A DNA stretch of 64,000 nt from an uncultured Actinomycetota bacterium (GCA_963714145.1 OY970235.1:7744407-7808406); one strand, 5' to 3'. Shown: positions 30,823 through 42,147, counted from the first letter of the stretch. Notes: generated by a model from the letters alone, not told the origin. Translations and numbers: made by a program.

Positions 30823-32799
30823 ATGCTGAACCGACGGCAGTTCGTCCTGTCCGGTGCCTTTGTCGGCACCGGACTGCTGGTGCCCTGGCAGGTGCGCCAG
30901 GGTGCCCGCCGCAGCCAGCTCGGCCGAACTGGCACCGCCGCCCCGGCGGCGTTGCCAGGCGGCACACTCGACCCGACATCGATCCCGAAGTACGTGGCAC
31001 CGCTGGTGATCCTGCCGGCGATGGCACCGGCCGGCACCAGCGGCGGGATCGACCGGTTCTCGGCGGCCGTCCGCCAGTTCCGGCAGCAGGTGCTGCCGCC
31101 GGGCAGCCCGGCGACCACCGTCTGGGGCTACGGCTCGACCGGCGATCCGGCGAGCTTCCGCTATCCGGGCCCCACCATCGAGGCGTCCGTCAACCGGCCC
31201 ACCCGGGTGCGCTGGGCCAACCAACTCGTGGACGGCAACGGCAACTTCCTGCCGCACCTGTTCACCGTCGACCCGACGCTGCACTGGGCCAACCCACCGG
31301 GTGGCAGCACCGGTCGGGATCACCGGCCGACGTTCGACTCGACGCCGCCGCCGTACCGCGGCCCGGTTCCGCTGGTCACCCACCTGCACGGCGCGCACGT
31401 CCACGAGGAGAGCGACGGGTACCCGGAGGCCTGGTACCTGCCGACCGCGCGCAACCTGCCCAACGGCTTCGCCAGGGTCGGCACGTTCTACGACCGGTTC
31501 AAGGCCGAAGCGCAGGCCAACTTCGGGGCGAACTGGGACCCGGGCACCGCGATCTTCCAGTACACCAACGACCAGCGGGCCACCGCCCTCTGGTACCACG
31601 ACCACACGCTCGGCCTGACCCGCACCAACATCTACGCCGGCACGATGGGTTTCTACCTGCTCCGCGGCGGCTCGGCCGACCTGCCCGCCGGTACGCTGCC
31701 CGGCCCGGCGCCCAAGCCGGGCGACCCGGCCGGCACCAGGTACCGGGAGATCCCGCTGGTCCTGCACGACCGGTCGTTCAACCGGGACGGCTCGCTGTTC
31801 TTCCCGGACAGCCGCGACTTCTTCGGCGACGCGACGCCGGGCGGCCCGTTCATCCCGACCACGGACCTCCCGCCGTACTGGAACCCGGAGTTCTTCGGCA
31901 ACACGATCGTGGTCAACGGCCGCACCTGGCCGGTGCTGAACGTGGAGGCGCGCCGCTACCGGTTCCGGATCCTGAACGCCTCGAACGCCCGCATGTTCAT
32001 CCTCAAGATCGTTACCAACCCGCTGGCGACCCGGCCGGCCAGCCCGGCGCTGCCGCTCTGGCAGATCGGGTCGGACGGCGGCTTCCTGCCGGCGCCGGTG
32101 CCGCAGCGCAGCCTGCTCGTCGGCGGGTCGGAGCGGGCCGACGTGATCGTCGACTTCACCGGTGTGCCGGCCGGGACCTCGCTCTACCTGATCAACGAGG
32201 GTCCGGACGAGCCGTTCGGTGGCGGCGAGCCGGTCACCGACTTCGACGCGTCCGACCCGAACACCACCGGACAGGTGATGAGGTTCGTGGTCGGCCCGCG
32301 CACCTCGACCGACACCTCGACCCCGCCGGCCCAGCTCCGGCTGCCGTCCATCCCGGCCCCCCGGCCGGCCAGCCGGACCCGGCAGCTCTCGCTGAACGAG
32401 CTGACCTCGGCGGTGTTCGCGGACGCGCCGATCTCCGGCCAGCTCGGCCTGGTGGACAGCATGGGCATGGGCATCCCGAAGATGTGGATGGACCCGGTCA
32501 CCGAGAACCCGGCGGTCAACTCCACCGAGCAGTGGGAGCTGCACAACTACACCGAGGACGGGCATCCGATCCACCTGCACCAGACCCAGTTCCAGGTGAT
32601 CAACCGGGAGTCGATGAGCACCGGGGCGGTGCGGCCCCCGGAGCCCAACGAGCGCGGCTTCAAGGACACCGTGATCGCGCTGCCGGACGAGATCACCCGG
32701 CTCCGGGCGTCGTTCGACATCGCCGGCCGGTACGTCTGGCACTGCCACATCATTGATCACGAAGACAACGAGATGATGCGGCCGATGCAGGTCGGCTAG
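30823..32799 (+). CDS. Tat-exported multicopper oxidase (CotA/bilirubin oxidase-like)
   Basis: Twin-arginine leader MLNRRQFVLSG and all four copper motifs: HLHG, WYHDH, HPIHLH, HCHIIDHEDNEMM. Confidence 0.93.
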   Translation: MLNRRQFVLSGAFVGTGLLVPWQVRQGARRSQLGRTGTAAPAALPGGTLDPTSIPKYVAPLVILPAMAPAGTSGGIDRFSAAVRQFRQQVLPPGSPATTVWGYGSTGDPASFRYPGPTIEASVNRPTRVRWANQLVDGNGNFLPHLFTVDPTLHWANPPGGSTGRDHRPTFDSTPPPYRGPVPLVTHLHGAHVHEESDGYPEAWYLPTARNLPNGFARVGTFYDRFKAEAQANFGANWDPGTAIFQYTNDQRATALWYHDHTLGLTRTNIYAGTMGFYLLRGGSADLPAGTLPGPAPKPGDPAGTRYREIPLVLHDRSFNRDGSLFFPDSRDFFGDATPGGPFIPTTDLPPYWNPEFFGNTIVVNGRTWPVLNVEARRYRFRILNASNARMFILKIVTNPLATRPASPALPLWQIGSDGGFLPAPVPQRSLLVGGSERADVIVDFTGVPAGTSLYLINEGPDEPFGGGEPVTDFDASDPNTTGQVMRFVVGPRTSTDTSTPPAQLRLPSIPAPRPASRTRQLSLNELTSAVFADAPISGQLGLVDSMGMGIPKMWMDPVTENPAVNSTEQWELHNYTEDGHPIHLHQTQFQVINRESMSTGAVRPPEPNERGFKDTVIALPDEITRLRASFDIAGRYVWHCHIIDHEDNEMMRPMQVG

Positions 32800-32852
32800 C
32801 AGTTGGCGGACGGGGACATCGGCCGGATGGGCCCGCCGGGGTGGCGCGTTCG

Positions 32853-32868
32853 GTTACTCGTGAGTAAC
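32853..32868. promoter_or_regulatory. Palindrome GTTACTC-GT-GAGTAAC, candidate operator
   Basis: Perfect 7-bp arms about 60 nt upstream of the next gene's start. Confidence 0.45.
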
Positions 32869-32925
32869 GTGGATCGGCATCGAGGCGCATTCCGGCACGG
32901 GGGATCAGAGCTCGGGAGGCTAACG

Positions 32926-33528
32926 GTGTCCCCACTCCGTCGTCTGTTGGTCGCACTGACCGCGGCGCTCGCGGTCGGTGGGACGGTGACCACGCTGGCC
33001 CTGCCGGCGGCCGCCGATCCGATCTGGCAGTTGCACTACGCGAACACCACCGGCTCCACCCACCTGGCCAAGCCGAACGCCACCGCGGCGATCCCCAAGT
33101 CCACTGTGGACGCTCAGCTGGACCTGGCCACCGGCGCGCTGACCGGCCAGGTACAGGTGCCGGACTTCCCGGTCACCATCAAGCTGCTGAACGCGTTGCC
33201 GGTGACCGCGGTGACCCGGCTGGTGCCGGCCGGAAACCTGACCGGAACCCTGAACGGCACGCTGACCACGACGACCTCGTTCACGCTGCGGCTGATCAAG
33301 GTCTACCAGCCGGCGCTGCCGAAGCTCAACCTGGTGCCGAGCACCTGCCGCACCGCCAGCGCCACAACCGCGACGCTGCGCAACACCACACCGGTCGACC
33401 TGTTCGACACCACGGTCGCCGGCACGTACACGATCCCGAGGTTCACCGGCTGCGGCGCGCTGACGCCGGTGCTGAACCTGCTGCTGTCCGGGCCGGGCAA
33501 CGGGCTGACCCTGCGCCTGCTGGCCTGA
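32926..33528 (+). CDS. Secreted beta-rich hypothetical protein
   Basis: RBS GGGAGG, GTG start, signal peptide ending PAAA-D, Thr-rich beta strands and a Cys pair. Confidence 0.75.
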   Translation: MSPLRRLLVALTAALAVGGTVTTLALPAAADPIWQLHYANTTGSTHLAKPNATAAIPKSTVDAQLDLATGALTGQVQVPDFPVTIKLLNALPVTAVTRLVPAGNLTGTLNGTLTTTTSFTLRLIKVYQPALPKLNLVPSTCRTASATTATLRNTTPVDLFDTTVAGTYTIPRFTGCGALTPVLNLLLSGPGNGLTLRLLA

Positions 33529-33534
33529 TCGGCG

Positions 33535-33567
33535 CTCGGGCGGGCCGACCCTTCCGGCCCGCCCGAG
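33535..33567. terminator. Hairpin between convergent genes
   Basis: CTCGGGCGGGCCG pairs with CGGCCCGCCCGAG (13-bp stem). Confidence 0.6.
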
Positions 33568-33587
33568 TCCCTGTCCTGGACCCGTTC

Positions 33588-33968
33588 CTAAGCCTTGCGG
33601 ACCAGCAGGTCATGCCAGAGGACGAGCCGGTTGCCGTCCGGGTCGCGCAGTTCGAGCAGGGCGATCACGCCGGGCCGGGTCCGGACCGGGGGGACATCCG
33701 GCAGTTCGGTCAGTAGCCGGTCGCGCTCAACGTTGGCGTCCGGGACGCCGATGCCGACCCGGACGGTGCCCGGGGCGGGCTCGTCCGGCCGGTCGGCGCG
33801 GGACTCGATCAGCCGCAGCGCGATCTCCGGGTCGCGGTGCAGGATCCATTCGGCGGTGCGGTCGTCCGGCGTGAGGTCGGCCGGGCGGCCGAGCACCGCG
33901 GTGTAGAACGGGACGGCGGCCGGCAGCGCCGACACCGGTAGGTCGGTGGTGATCCCAAGAATGTCCAC
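33588..33968 (-). CDS. VOC/glyoxalase-like protein
   Basis: LPVSALPAAVPFYTAVLG...ELRDPDGNRLVL; GTG start at 33968 inside the longer ORF-track frame. Confidence 0.78.
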   Translation of the reverse strand: MDILGITTDLPVSALPAAVPFYTAVLGRPADLTPDDRTAEWILHRDPEIALRLIESRADRPDEPAPGTVRVGIGVPDANVERDRLLTELPDVPPVRTRPGVIALLELRDPDGNRLVLWHDLLVRKA

Positions 33969-34009
33969 GGCGGCCAGCCTGCCGGCTGGCCGCCGCGGCG
34001 GCACCCGGT

Positions 34010-34669
34010 TTACCGGTCCGGGTACACCTCGTAGACCACCCAGTCCGTGCCGACCCGGGCGGCGATCCGCTTGCCGGTCGGGGTGCCACGGATCTCGTAC
34101 AGCGGGGTGCCGGCCGGCAGATAGCCGGCGTCGCCGTCCACCGGGTGGTAGTCGGGATCGGGCTGGACGGAGCTCAGGTCGCAGCGGACGGTGCCGAGCA
34201 GGCGGCCGAGGCTGGCCCGCGGCACCTTCTTCGCGGTGCCGGTCCGGCCGGCGATGTACTCCCGCCCGCCGAACCGGACGAAGTCGACGTAGTCGACGAT
34301 CGAGTTGCCGGACATCGGCGGTGGGCAGTTGATGCCGCCCGGGAGCGGCCGGGGTGAGGCGGTCGCGCCGGGTGTCGGTGCCGCCGGGACCGGCTGCTTC
34401 CCGCCGGCGACCGGCGGGTTGGCGGTGTCCGGCCGGGCGGCGCTGCCGCCGGCGGCAACGCCGCTGTTGGCCGTGTCGCCGCCGCCGAGGGTGAGCCCCG
34501 GGACGAGGATCGCGGCGCCGGACAGCAGCACCACGGCGGTCAGCACGGCGGCGCTGGCGAGCTGGCGCCGGCGCTGTACCCGCTCGGCGACGGCGGCCAC
34601 CGGAACCGGGTCGAACTTCGGCGGGGCGGCCCGCAGCCGGTCCCGCAGTTGCTGCTCGATGTCGGTCAT
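34010..34669 (-). CDS. Single-pass membrane protein coupled to the second ECF sigma (putative anti-sigma)
   Basis: ATGA overlap with the sigma gene; RRR patch, TM helix, extracellular domain with a Cys pair. Confidence 0.72.
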   Translation of the reverse strand: MTDIEQQLRDRLRAAPPKFDPVPVAAVAERVQRRRQLASAAVLTAVVLLSGAAILVPGLTLGGGDTANSGVAAGGSAARPDTANPPVAGGKQPVPAAPTPGATASPRPLPGGINCPPPMSGNSIVDYVDFVRFGGREYIAGRTGTAKKVPRASLGRLLGTVRCDLSSVQPDPDYHPVDGDAGYLPAGTPLYEIRGTPTGKRIAARVGTDWVVYEVYPDR

Positions 34670-35178
34670 CGGGCCGCCTCCTCACGGTTCACGGTGTCCG
34701 TCCAGTTGTGCTCGCGCAGCTTGGTCAGCGCCTTGGCGGTCTGGCTCTTCACCGTGCCGATCGAGCAACCGAGGGCGTATGCGGTCTGGGTGGTGCTGAG
34801 GTCCTCGTAGAAGCGCAGGACGATGACCGCGCGCTGCCGGCGGGGCAGCGTGGCGAGCGCGGTGGCGACCTCGTCGCGCAGGTCGGCGGCGGCGAACTCG
34901 TCCTCCTGGCTGGTCCGCTCCGGTGGTTCGGCGGTCGATATCTCGTCCCGCCAGCGACGCCGCCACCAGGTCGCGTAGGTGGTGACCAGGACCCGGCGGA
35001 CGTACGCCTCACCGTTGGCCTTGTCGGTCAACCGGTGCCACTGCGGCCAGGTGCGGGCCAGCGCGGTCTGGACCAGGTCCTGCGCGGTGTCGGGGTTGCC
35101 GGTGAGCAGCCAGGCGGCCCGCAACAGGGCCGGCGACCTGGCCTGCACGAACTCGCGAAACCCATCCGGCTCCCGCAT
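34666..35178 (-). CDS. ECF RNA polymerase sigma factor (actinobacterial SigE-like family)
   Basis: MREPDGFREFVQARSPALLRAAWLLTG...AQDLVQTAL and LPRRQRAVIVLRFYEDLS...GTVKSQTAKAL. Confidence 0.92.
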   Translation of the reverse strand: MREPDGFREFVQARSPALLRAAWLLTGNPDTAQDLVQTALARTWPQWHRLTDKANGEAYVRRVLVTTYATWWRRRWRDEISTAEPPERTSQEDEFAAADLRDEVATALATLPRRQRAVIVLRFYEDLSTTQTAYALGCSIGTVKSQTAKALTKLREHNWTDTVNREEAAR

Positions 35179-35486
35179 GCTGCCAACCCCCTGTGCCCCG
35201 CCGGTCGCCTCATTGTTCCTGGCGTAGACGACTTGATCGGCCCGGATGGTTGCCCGCTGGTGCACGCGGCTCGCCGGCCGCTAGTGTCAAAATTGAGTAG
35301 TCACGCTGCGTACTTGATTGCTCGTTTTCCTCCGGGCGTGACGAGCGCCGCCTTAGCCTGGATCGCCGGTCCAGCCCGGGGGTGTCGTGTGAGGGGCTGG
35401 GTTCGGCCAGGGGGCCCGCTGCGTTGACCCTGCACCGGGTGGCGAGCCGCGCGCTGCGCGTGGCGCTTGGGGGGAGTGGGTCCGAC

Positions 35487-37877
35487 GTGCCTGTTAATGC
35501 TGTTCGGCGTGCGCCGCGTTGGGTCGTGGCCGCCGGCCTCTTACTCGCGGTAGTGACGGCGCCGCCGCTGGCCGGGCCAGCCGCCGGCGCGGACAGTTGC
35601 GCGCTGCCGGCACCGAATCCGGTCGCGTGCGAGAACGCCAAGCCCGGCAATCCCAAGTCGGAGTGGGACGTCGCCGGCTCGGGCAGCAGCACGATCCAGG
35701 GCTTCGCCACCCAGATGAGCGTCAACCTGGGCGAGACGGAGACCTTCAAGATCAAGACTCCGGCCCGGACGTACCGGCTGGACATCTACCGGATGGGCTA
35801 CTACGGCGGCAGCGGCGCGCGGAAGATCGCCACCGTCAGCCCGTCCGCGGCGCTGCCGCAGACCCAGCCGAGCTGCCTGTCGGTGAGCAGCACCGGGCTG
35901 GTCGACTGCGGCAACTGGGCGGTGTCGGCGTCCTGGCCGGTGCCGGCGAGTGCGGTGTCGGGCATCTACTTCGCCCGGCTGGTGCGCACCGACGGCACCA
36001 CCGGGGCCAGCCACGTGCCGTTCGTGGTCCGCGACGACGCCAGCCACTCCGACCTGTTGGTCCAGACCTCCGACACCACCTGGCAGGCGTACAACCAGTA
36101 CGGCGGGAACAGCCTGTACGTCGGCAACCCGGACGGCCGCGCCTACAAGGTCAGCTACAACCGGCCGTTCACCACCCGGGGCACCGGCTCGCAGGACTTC
36201 GTCTTCAACGCCGAGTACCCGATGGTGCGGTTCCTCGAATCCAACGGGTACGACCTGAGCTACCTGGCCGGTGCGGACACCGACCGACGTGGTGCGCTGC
36301 TGCGCAACCACAAGGCGTTCCTGTCGGTGGGGCACGACGAGTACTGGTCCGGCCAGCAGCGGTCCAATGTGGAGGCTGCCCGGGACGCCGGGGTCGACCT
36401 GGCCTTCTTCAGCGGTAACGAGTCGTTCTGGAAGACCCGCTGGGAGAACAGCGTCGACGGCTCCGGCACCCCGTACCGGACCCTGGTCACGTACAAGGAG
36501 ACGCACGCCAACGCGGTGATCGACCCGAGCGACCCGCCGACCTGGACCGGTACCTGGCGGGACCCGCGGTTCAGCCCGCCGGCCGACGGCGGCCGGCCGG
36601 AGAACGCGATGACCGGCACCGGCTTCATGGTCAACGCCGGCACGGTGGACCTGCAGGTGCCGGCCGCCGAGGGCAAGCTGCGGCTCTGGCGCGGCACCCG
36701 GGCGGCCACGTTGGCGGCCGGCGCGGTCGCCACGATGACCGCCGGCACGGTGGGATACGAGTGGGATGCCGACCTGGACAACGGCGCCCGCCCGGCCGGC
36801 CTGATCGACCTGTCGAGTACCCCGGGCGACGGCGTGCAGGTGCTGCTGGATCAGGGCAGCAACTACGGCGACGGCAACGCGGTGCATCACCTCACCCTGT
36901 ACCGGGCGCCGAGCGGGGCGCTGGTCTTCGGCGCCGGCACCGTGCAGTGGTCCTGGGGGCTGGACGCCAACCACGACCGCGGCTCCGCCCCGGCCGACCC
37001 GGCGATGCGGCAGGCCACGGTGAACCTGTTCGCCGACATGGGCGCCCAGCCGGCGACGCTGGCGGCCGGGCTGACCGCCGCCGCGGCCTCCACCGACACG
37101 ACCGCGCCGACCGCGTCGATCGCCACCCCGCTGGCCGGGGCGACCGTCCAATCCGGAGCGGCCGTGACGGTCAGCGGCACCGCCGCGGACGTCGGCGGCC
37201 TGGTCGGCGGGGTCGAGGTCTCCACCGACGGCAGCAGCTGGCACCCGGCCACCGGTCGCGGCAACTGGAGCTACTCGTGGGTCCCCGGGGCACCGGGAGC
37301 GGTCACGATCCGGGCCCGGGCCACCGACGACAGCGTGAACACCGGCGGGTCCGTCTCGGTCCCGGTGACGGTGGCGCCCCGGGCCTGCCCATGCACCATC
37401 TGGGACACGGCCGCCACGCCGTCGGTCCCGGCCGACCCGGATACCGCGGCGGTCGAGGTCGGCGTGAAGTTCCGGGCCGACGTGGCCGGTTCGGTGACCG
37501 GGGTCTGGTTCTACAAGGGCCCGGGCAACACCGGCACGCACGTCGGTCACCTGTGGACAGCCGCCGGGGCGCTGCTGGCGACGGTCACGTTCAGCGGCGA
37601 GACCGGGTCCGGCTGGCAGCAGGCCACGTTCCCGGCCGGGGTGCCGATCAGCGCCGGCAGCACCTACGTGATCTCGTACTTCGCGCCGAACGGCCACTAC
37701 GCCGCCGACACCGGCTACTTCGCGATCGGCGGGCACGACGCCACCCCACTGCACGCGCTGGCGTCCGGTGTGGACGGTCTGAACGGCGTCTACCGCTACG
37801 GGCCGAGTGGCAGCGGGGTGCCGAACCTGTCCTGGCAGTCCGCCAACTACTGGGTCGATCTCCTCTTCGCGTCCTAG
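35487..37877 (+). CDS. Secreted protein: DUF6605/N,N-dimethylformamidase-beta-like domain, Ig-like domain and DUF4082 domain
   Basis: Signal peptide; CENAKPG, TTWQAYNQYGGNSLY, LSVGHDEYWS; C-terminal CPCTIW...VEVGVKF...FYKG...NYWVD repeat unit. Start approximate. Confidence 0.8.
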   Translation: MPVNAVRRAPRWVVAAGLLLAVVTAPPLAGPAAGADSCALPAPNPVACENAKPGNPKSEWDVAGSGSSTIQGFATQMSVNLGETETFKIKTPARTYRLDIYRMGYYGGSGARKIATVSPSAALPQTQPSCLSVSSTGLVDCGNWAVSASWPVPASAVSGIYFARLVRTDGTTGASHVPFVVRDDASHSDLLVQTSDTTWQAYNQYGGNSLYVGNPDGRAYKVSYNRPFTTRGTGSQDFVFNAEYPMVRFLESNGYDLSYLAGADTDRRGALLRNHKAFLSVGHDEYWSGQQRSNVEAARDAGVDLAFFSGNESFWKTRWENSVDGSGTPYRTLVTYKETHANAVIDPSDPPTWTGTWRDPRFSPPADGGRPENAMTGTGFMVNAGTVDLQVPAAEGKLRLWRGTRAATLAAGAVATMTAGTVGYEWDADLDNGARPAGLIDLSSTPGDGVQVLLDQGSNYGDGNAVHHLTLYRAPSGALVFGAGTVQWSWGLDANHDRGSAPADPAMRQATVNLFADMGAQPATLAAGLTAAAASTDTTAPTASIATPLAGATVQSGAAVTVSGTAADVGGLVGGVEVSTDGSSWHPATGRGNWSYSWVPGAPGAVTIRARATDDSVNTGGSVSVPVTVAPRACPCTIWDTAATPSVPADPDTAAVEVGVKFRADVAGSVTGVWFYKGPGNTGTHVGHLWTAAGALLATVTFSGETGSGWQQATFPAGVPISAGSTYVISYFAPNGHYAADTGYFAIGGHDATPLHALASGVDGLNGVYRYGPSGSGVPNLSWQSANYWVDLLFAS

Positions 37878-37886
37878 GGAGCTTGT

Positions 37887-40800
37887 ATGTCCAGCCTGTT
37901 CTCACGGCGGTCGTGGGCCCGCTCCCGGCACCACGCGCTGCTGCGCGTCGGCCTGCCGGTAGCCCTGCTCGGCGGCCTGCTCACCCCGGTGCACCTGCTC
38001 GCCGCGGCGCCGGCCGCCGCGGCCCAGTGCCCGTGCACGATCTGGAGCCCGGCCGCGACGCCATCGGTCCCGGCCGACACCGACCCGGCCGCGGTCGAGG
38101 TGGGGGTCAAGTTCCGCTCCGATGTGGACGGTGCGATCGCCGGGGTGCGGTTCTACAAGGGCACCGGCAACACCGGCGCGCACGTCGGTCACCTGTGGAC
38201 GGCCGCCGGCGGCATCCTGGCGACCGCCACGTTCAGCGGGGAGGGCGCGTCCGGCTGGCAGCAGGTGCTGTTCCCGGCGCCGGTGCCGATCACCGCCGGT
38301 ACGACGTATGTGGCCTCGTACTACGCGCCGGTCGGCCACTACGCCAGCGACAGCGGCTACTTCGCCACCGGCGTCGACAACACGCCGCTGCACGCGCTGG
38401 CCGACGGGGTGGACGGAGCCAACGGTGTCTACCGGTACGGCACCGGCGGCGGCTTCCCCAGCAACACCTGGCACTCCGCCAACTACTGGGTGGACGTGGT
38501 GTTCACCACCTCGGTGCAGGACACCAGCCCGCCGACGGTGAGCACGACCGCCCCGGGCGGCGAGACCACCGGGGTGCCGCTCGGCTCGCCGGTCAGCGCC
38601 GGCTTCAGCGAGGCCGTCCAGCCGGCCAGCCTCGGCTTCACGCTGCGCAACCCGGCCGGTGCCGCGGTGCCGGTGGCGCAGAGCTACGACGCCGACAGCC
38701 GCACCGCCACCTGGACACCGGCCGCGCCGCTGGCCGCGGTCACCCGGTACACCGCTACGATCGACGCGGCTGCCGACACCACCGGCAACCCGCTGGCGCA
38801 GCCGTTCGCCTGGTCGTTCACCACCTCCGCGGCCACCGGCTGCCCATGCACCGTCTGGACGCCGACCACCACGCCCGGGACGGTCACCGTCGCCGACAGC
38901 AACGCGGTCGAGTTGGGCGTCAAGTTCCGCAGCAGCACCGCCGGCATCATCCGCGGCGTCCGGTTCTACAAGGGGCCGCAGAACACCGGCATCCACACCG
39001 GTTCACTGTGGACAACCGGCGGCAGCCGGCTGGCCACCGGCACGTTCAGCGGTGAGAGCGCGTCCGGCTGGCAGCAGTTGACGTTCCCGAGTCCGGTGCC
39101 GATCAACGGCAACACCACGTACATCGCCTCGTACCACACCAACACCGGCTTCTACTCGGCCAACGACAGCGGGCTGGTGGCCGCGGTCAGCAACGGCCCG
39201 TTGACCGCACTGGCCAACGGCACCGATGGCGGCAACGGCGTCTACCTCTACGGTGGCGGCGGCTTCCCGGTGAACACCTTCCAGTCCAGCAACTACTGGG
39301 TGGACCCGGTCTTCGACCTGACCGGGCCGGACCTGACCGCGCCGACCGTGCTCACCCGTACCCCGGTGCCGGACGCGGCCGGGGTCTCCACCGGCACCAG
39401 CGCCAGTGCCGTGTTCAGCGAGGACATCCAGCCCGGCACGATCACGTTCACGCTGACCGGCCCTGGCGGCACCGCAGTGCCCGGCTCGGTCAACTATGTG
39501 GCCGCGACCCGGACCGCGACGTTCAGCCCGGGCACCGTGCTGGCCAACTCGACCAGCTACACCGCGACTGTCTCCGGGGCTGCCGACATCGCCGGCAACG
39601 TGCTGGCCGGCCCCGTCAGCTGGCAGTTCAGCACCGCGGCCCCGCCGCCACCGCCGCCCACCCAGGGCCCGGGCGGGCCGATCCTGGTGATCGGCAACTC
39701 GGCCTCCACAACCAGCCGGTTCAGCCTGTTCACGGCCGAGATCCTGCGCAGCGAGGGGCTGAACGAGTTCGCCACCGCCGACCTCGGCGGGGTCAGCCCG
39801 GCCACGCTGGCCGGCTACGACCTGGTCATCCTGGGCACCACGGCCCTGTCGGCAAGCCAGGCCAGCATGCTCAGCACCTGGGTGACCGGCGGCGGCCGGC
39901 TGATCGCGTTCCGGCCGGACAAGCAGCTCGCCGGCCTGTTCGGGCTCACCGCGACGACCGGCACGATCAGCAACGCCTACCTGAAGGTGAACACCGCGGC
40001 GGCGCCGGGTGCCGGGATCACCGACCAGACCATGCAGTTCCACGGCACCGCCGACCAGTACACGCTGGCCGGCGCCACCCCGGTGGCCACCCTCTATTCG
40101 ACCGCGACCAGCGCGACCGCGGCGCCGGCGGTGACGCTCAGCCCGGCCGGCGCCGGGCAGGCCGCCGCGTTCAGCTACGACCTGGCGCAGTCCATTGTGT
40201 ACACCCGGCAGGGCAACCCGGCCTGGGCCGGCCAGGAGCGGGACGGGCAGGACCCGGTCCGCTCCGACGACCTGTACTTCGGCGGCACCCCGGCCACCGA
40301 CTGGGTGGATCTGTCCAAGGTGGCCATCCCGCAGGCGGACGAGCAGCAGCGGCTGCTGGCCAACCTGATCGGCTCGATGGAGCTGGCCCGGATGCCGCTG
40401 CCGCGGTTCTGGTACCTGCCGCGCAGCCTGAAAGCGGTGGTGGTGGCCACCGGCGACGACCACGGCACCGGCGGCACGCCGGGCCGGCTGGACCAGTACG
40501 CCGCGGCCAGCCCGGCCGGGTGCAGCGTGGCCGACTGGACCTGCTTGCGGTTCACCTCGTACATGTACCCGGACACCCCACTGTCCAATTCGGATGCGTC
40601 GGCGTACCGGGCGGCCGGCTTCGAGCTGGCCCTGCACCCGCAGTCCAACTGCGGCAACTTCACCCCGACCTCACTGGAGAGCTCGTACGCCACCCAGTTG
40701 GCGCAGTTCCACACCAAGTGGCCGAGCCTGCCGAACCCGTCGACCAGCCGGTTCCACTGCATCGTCTACAGCGACTGGGCCTCGCAGCCGAAGACCGAGC

Positions 40801-42141
40801 TGCGGCACGGCATCCGGCTGGACACCGACTACTACTACTGGCCGGGCAGCTGGGTGCAGAACCGGCCCGGCTTCATGACCGGGTCGGGCCTGCCGATGCG
40901 GTTCGCCGACACCGACGGCACGATCATCGACGTCTACCAGGCGGCGACACAGCTGACCGACGAGTCCGGCCAGTCGTACCCGGCGACGCCGAACGCCTTG
41001 CTGGACAGCGCGCTCGGTCCGCTCGGGTACTACGGCGCGTTCGTCGCCAACATGCACACCGACAGCCCGAGCACCTTCGAGGACGACCAAGCTGCTGACC
41101 AGCGCGCGGGCCCGCGGCGTCCCGCTGATCGCCGCCAACCAGCTGCTCACCTGGCTGGACGGCCGGAACGGGTCCTCGTTCGGCGGGGTCAGCTCGACCG
41201 CCGGCGCGCTCTCGTTCACGATCGCGGTCGGCGCCGGCAGCACCGGGCTGACCGCGATGGTGCCCACCCTGGGCAGCGGCGGCGCGGGGTTGGCCACCCT
41301 CACCCGGGCCGGCACGGCGGTGCCGTTCACCCGGATGACCGTGAAGGGCGTCTCCTACGCGCTGTTCGCCGCGGCGCCCGGGGCGTACACCGCGACCTAC
41401 TCGGCCGGCGTGAGTGCCGGCGCCGGCACCCCGGCGGCGAAGCCGGCACCGGGCGGGTCCATCGCGGACCGGGTCGCGCCGCTGCTGTCGGCGCCGGCCA
41501 CCTTCCCGCTGCCGGACGGCACCGCCGCGGTCAGCTGGACCACCGGCGAACCGGCCAGCACCGAGGTCCGGTACGGCACCGCCGCCGGCCGGCTCGACCA
41601 TGGCGGCTTCGACACCGACCGGGGCCTGGCGCACTCGGTGGTGCTCACCGACCTGACCCCGGACACCACCTACCACTACCGGCTGGTCGCTACCGACCCG
41701 GCCGGTAACCAGACGGTCTGGCCGGCCGTCGACCGTCCACCCGCGACGTTCGTCTCCGCGGCGAGCGGCGTCGCGGATCGGAGCCTGGTCCGGCTGCAGT
41801 CGGGCAGCCGGACCAGCACAGTCAGCTCCCGGGTGCTGGACGGGCACGCGATGATCGGCTGGGATCGGGCCTACTGGCGGGCCGACGTTCCGGTGGGCAG
41901 CACGCTCACGGTCGCCGTCCGGGCCGGCAGCACCGCGCGGCCGGACCGGAGCTGGACCGGCTGGCAGCCGCTGGCCGGCCCGGGCGCCCGGGTGCCGGGC
42001 AACTCCCGTTACCTGCAGTACCAGGTGACGCTGTCCACTGTGGGCGGTGGGCTGCTGCCGGGTCCGGTGCTGTACGGGATCGGGTTCACCGGGAACGGGC
42101 CGGCGCCGGACCTGATCGGCGAGCTCGGCCACCACGACTGA
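37887..42141 (+). CDS. Large secreted protein: two DUF4082 and two Ig-like domains, a polysaccharide-deacetylase-like domain and FN3; one apparent +1 frameshift near 41090
   Basis: Repeated VELGVKF...NYWVD units; TGDDHG and HPQ motifs. Removing one A at 41089/41090 gives EDDQLLTSARARGVPLIAANQLLTWLDGRN..., in frame with ORF 41257..42141. Confidence 0.75.
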
Positions 42142-42147
42142 TCGGGT

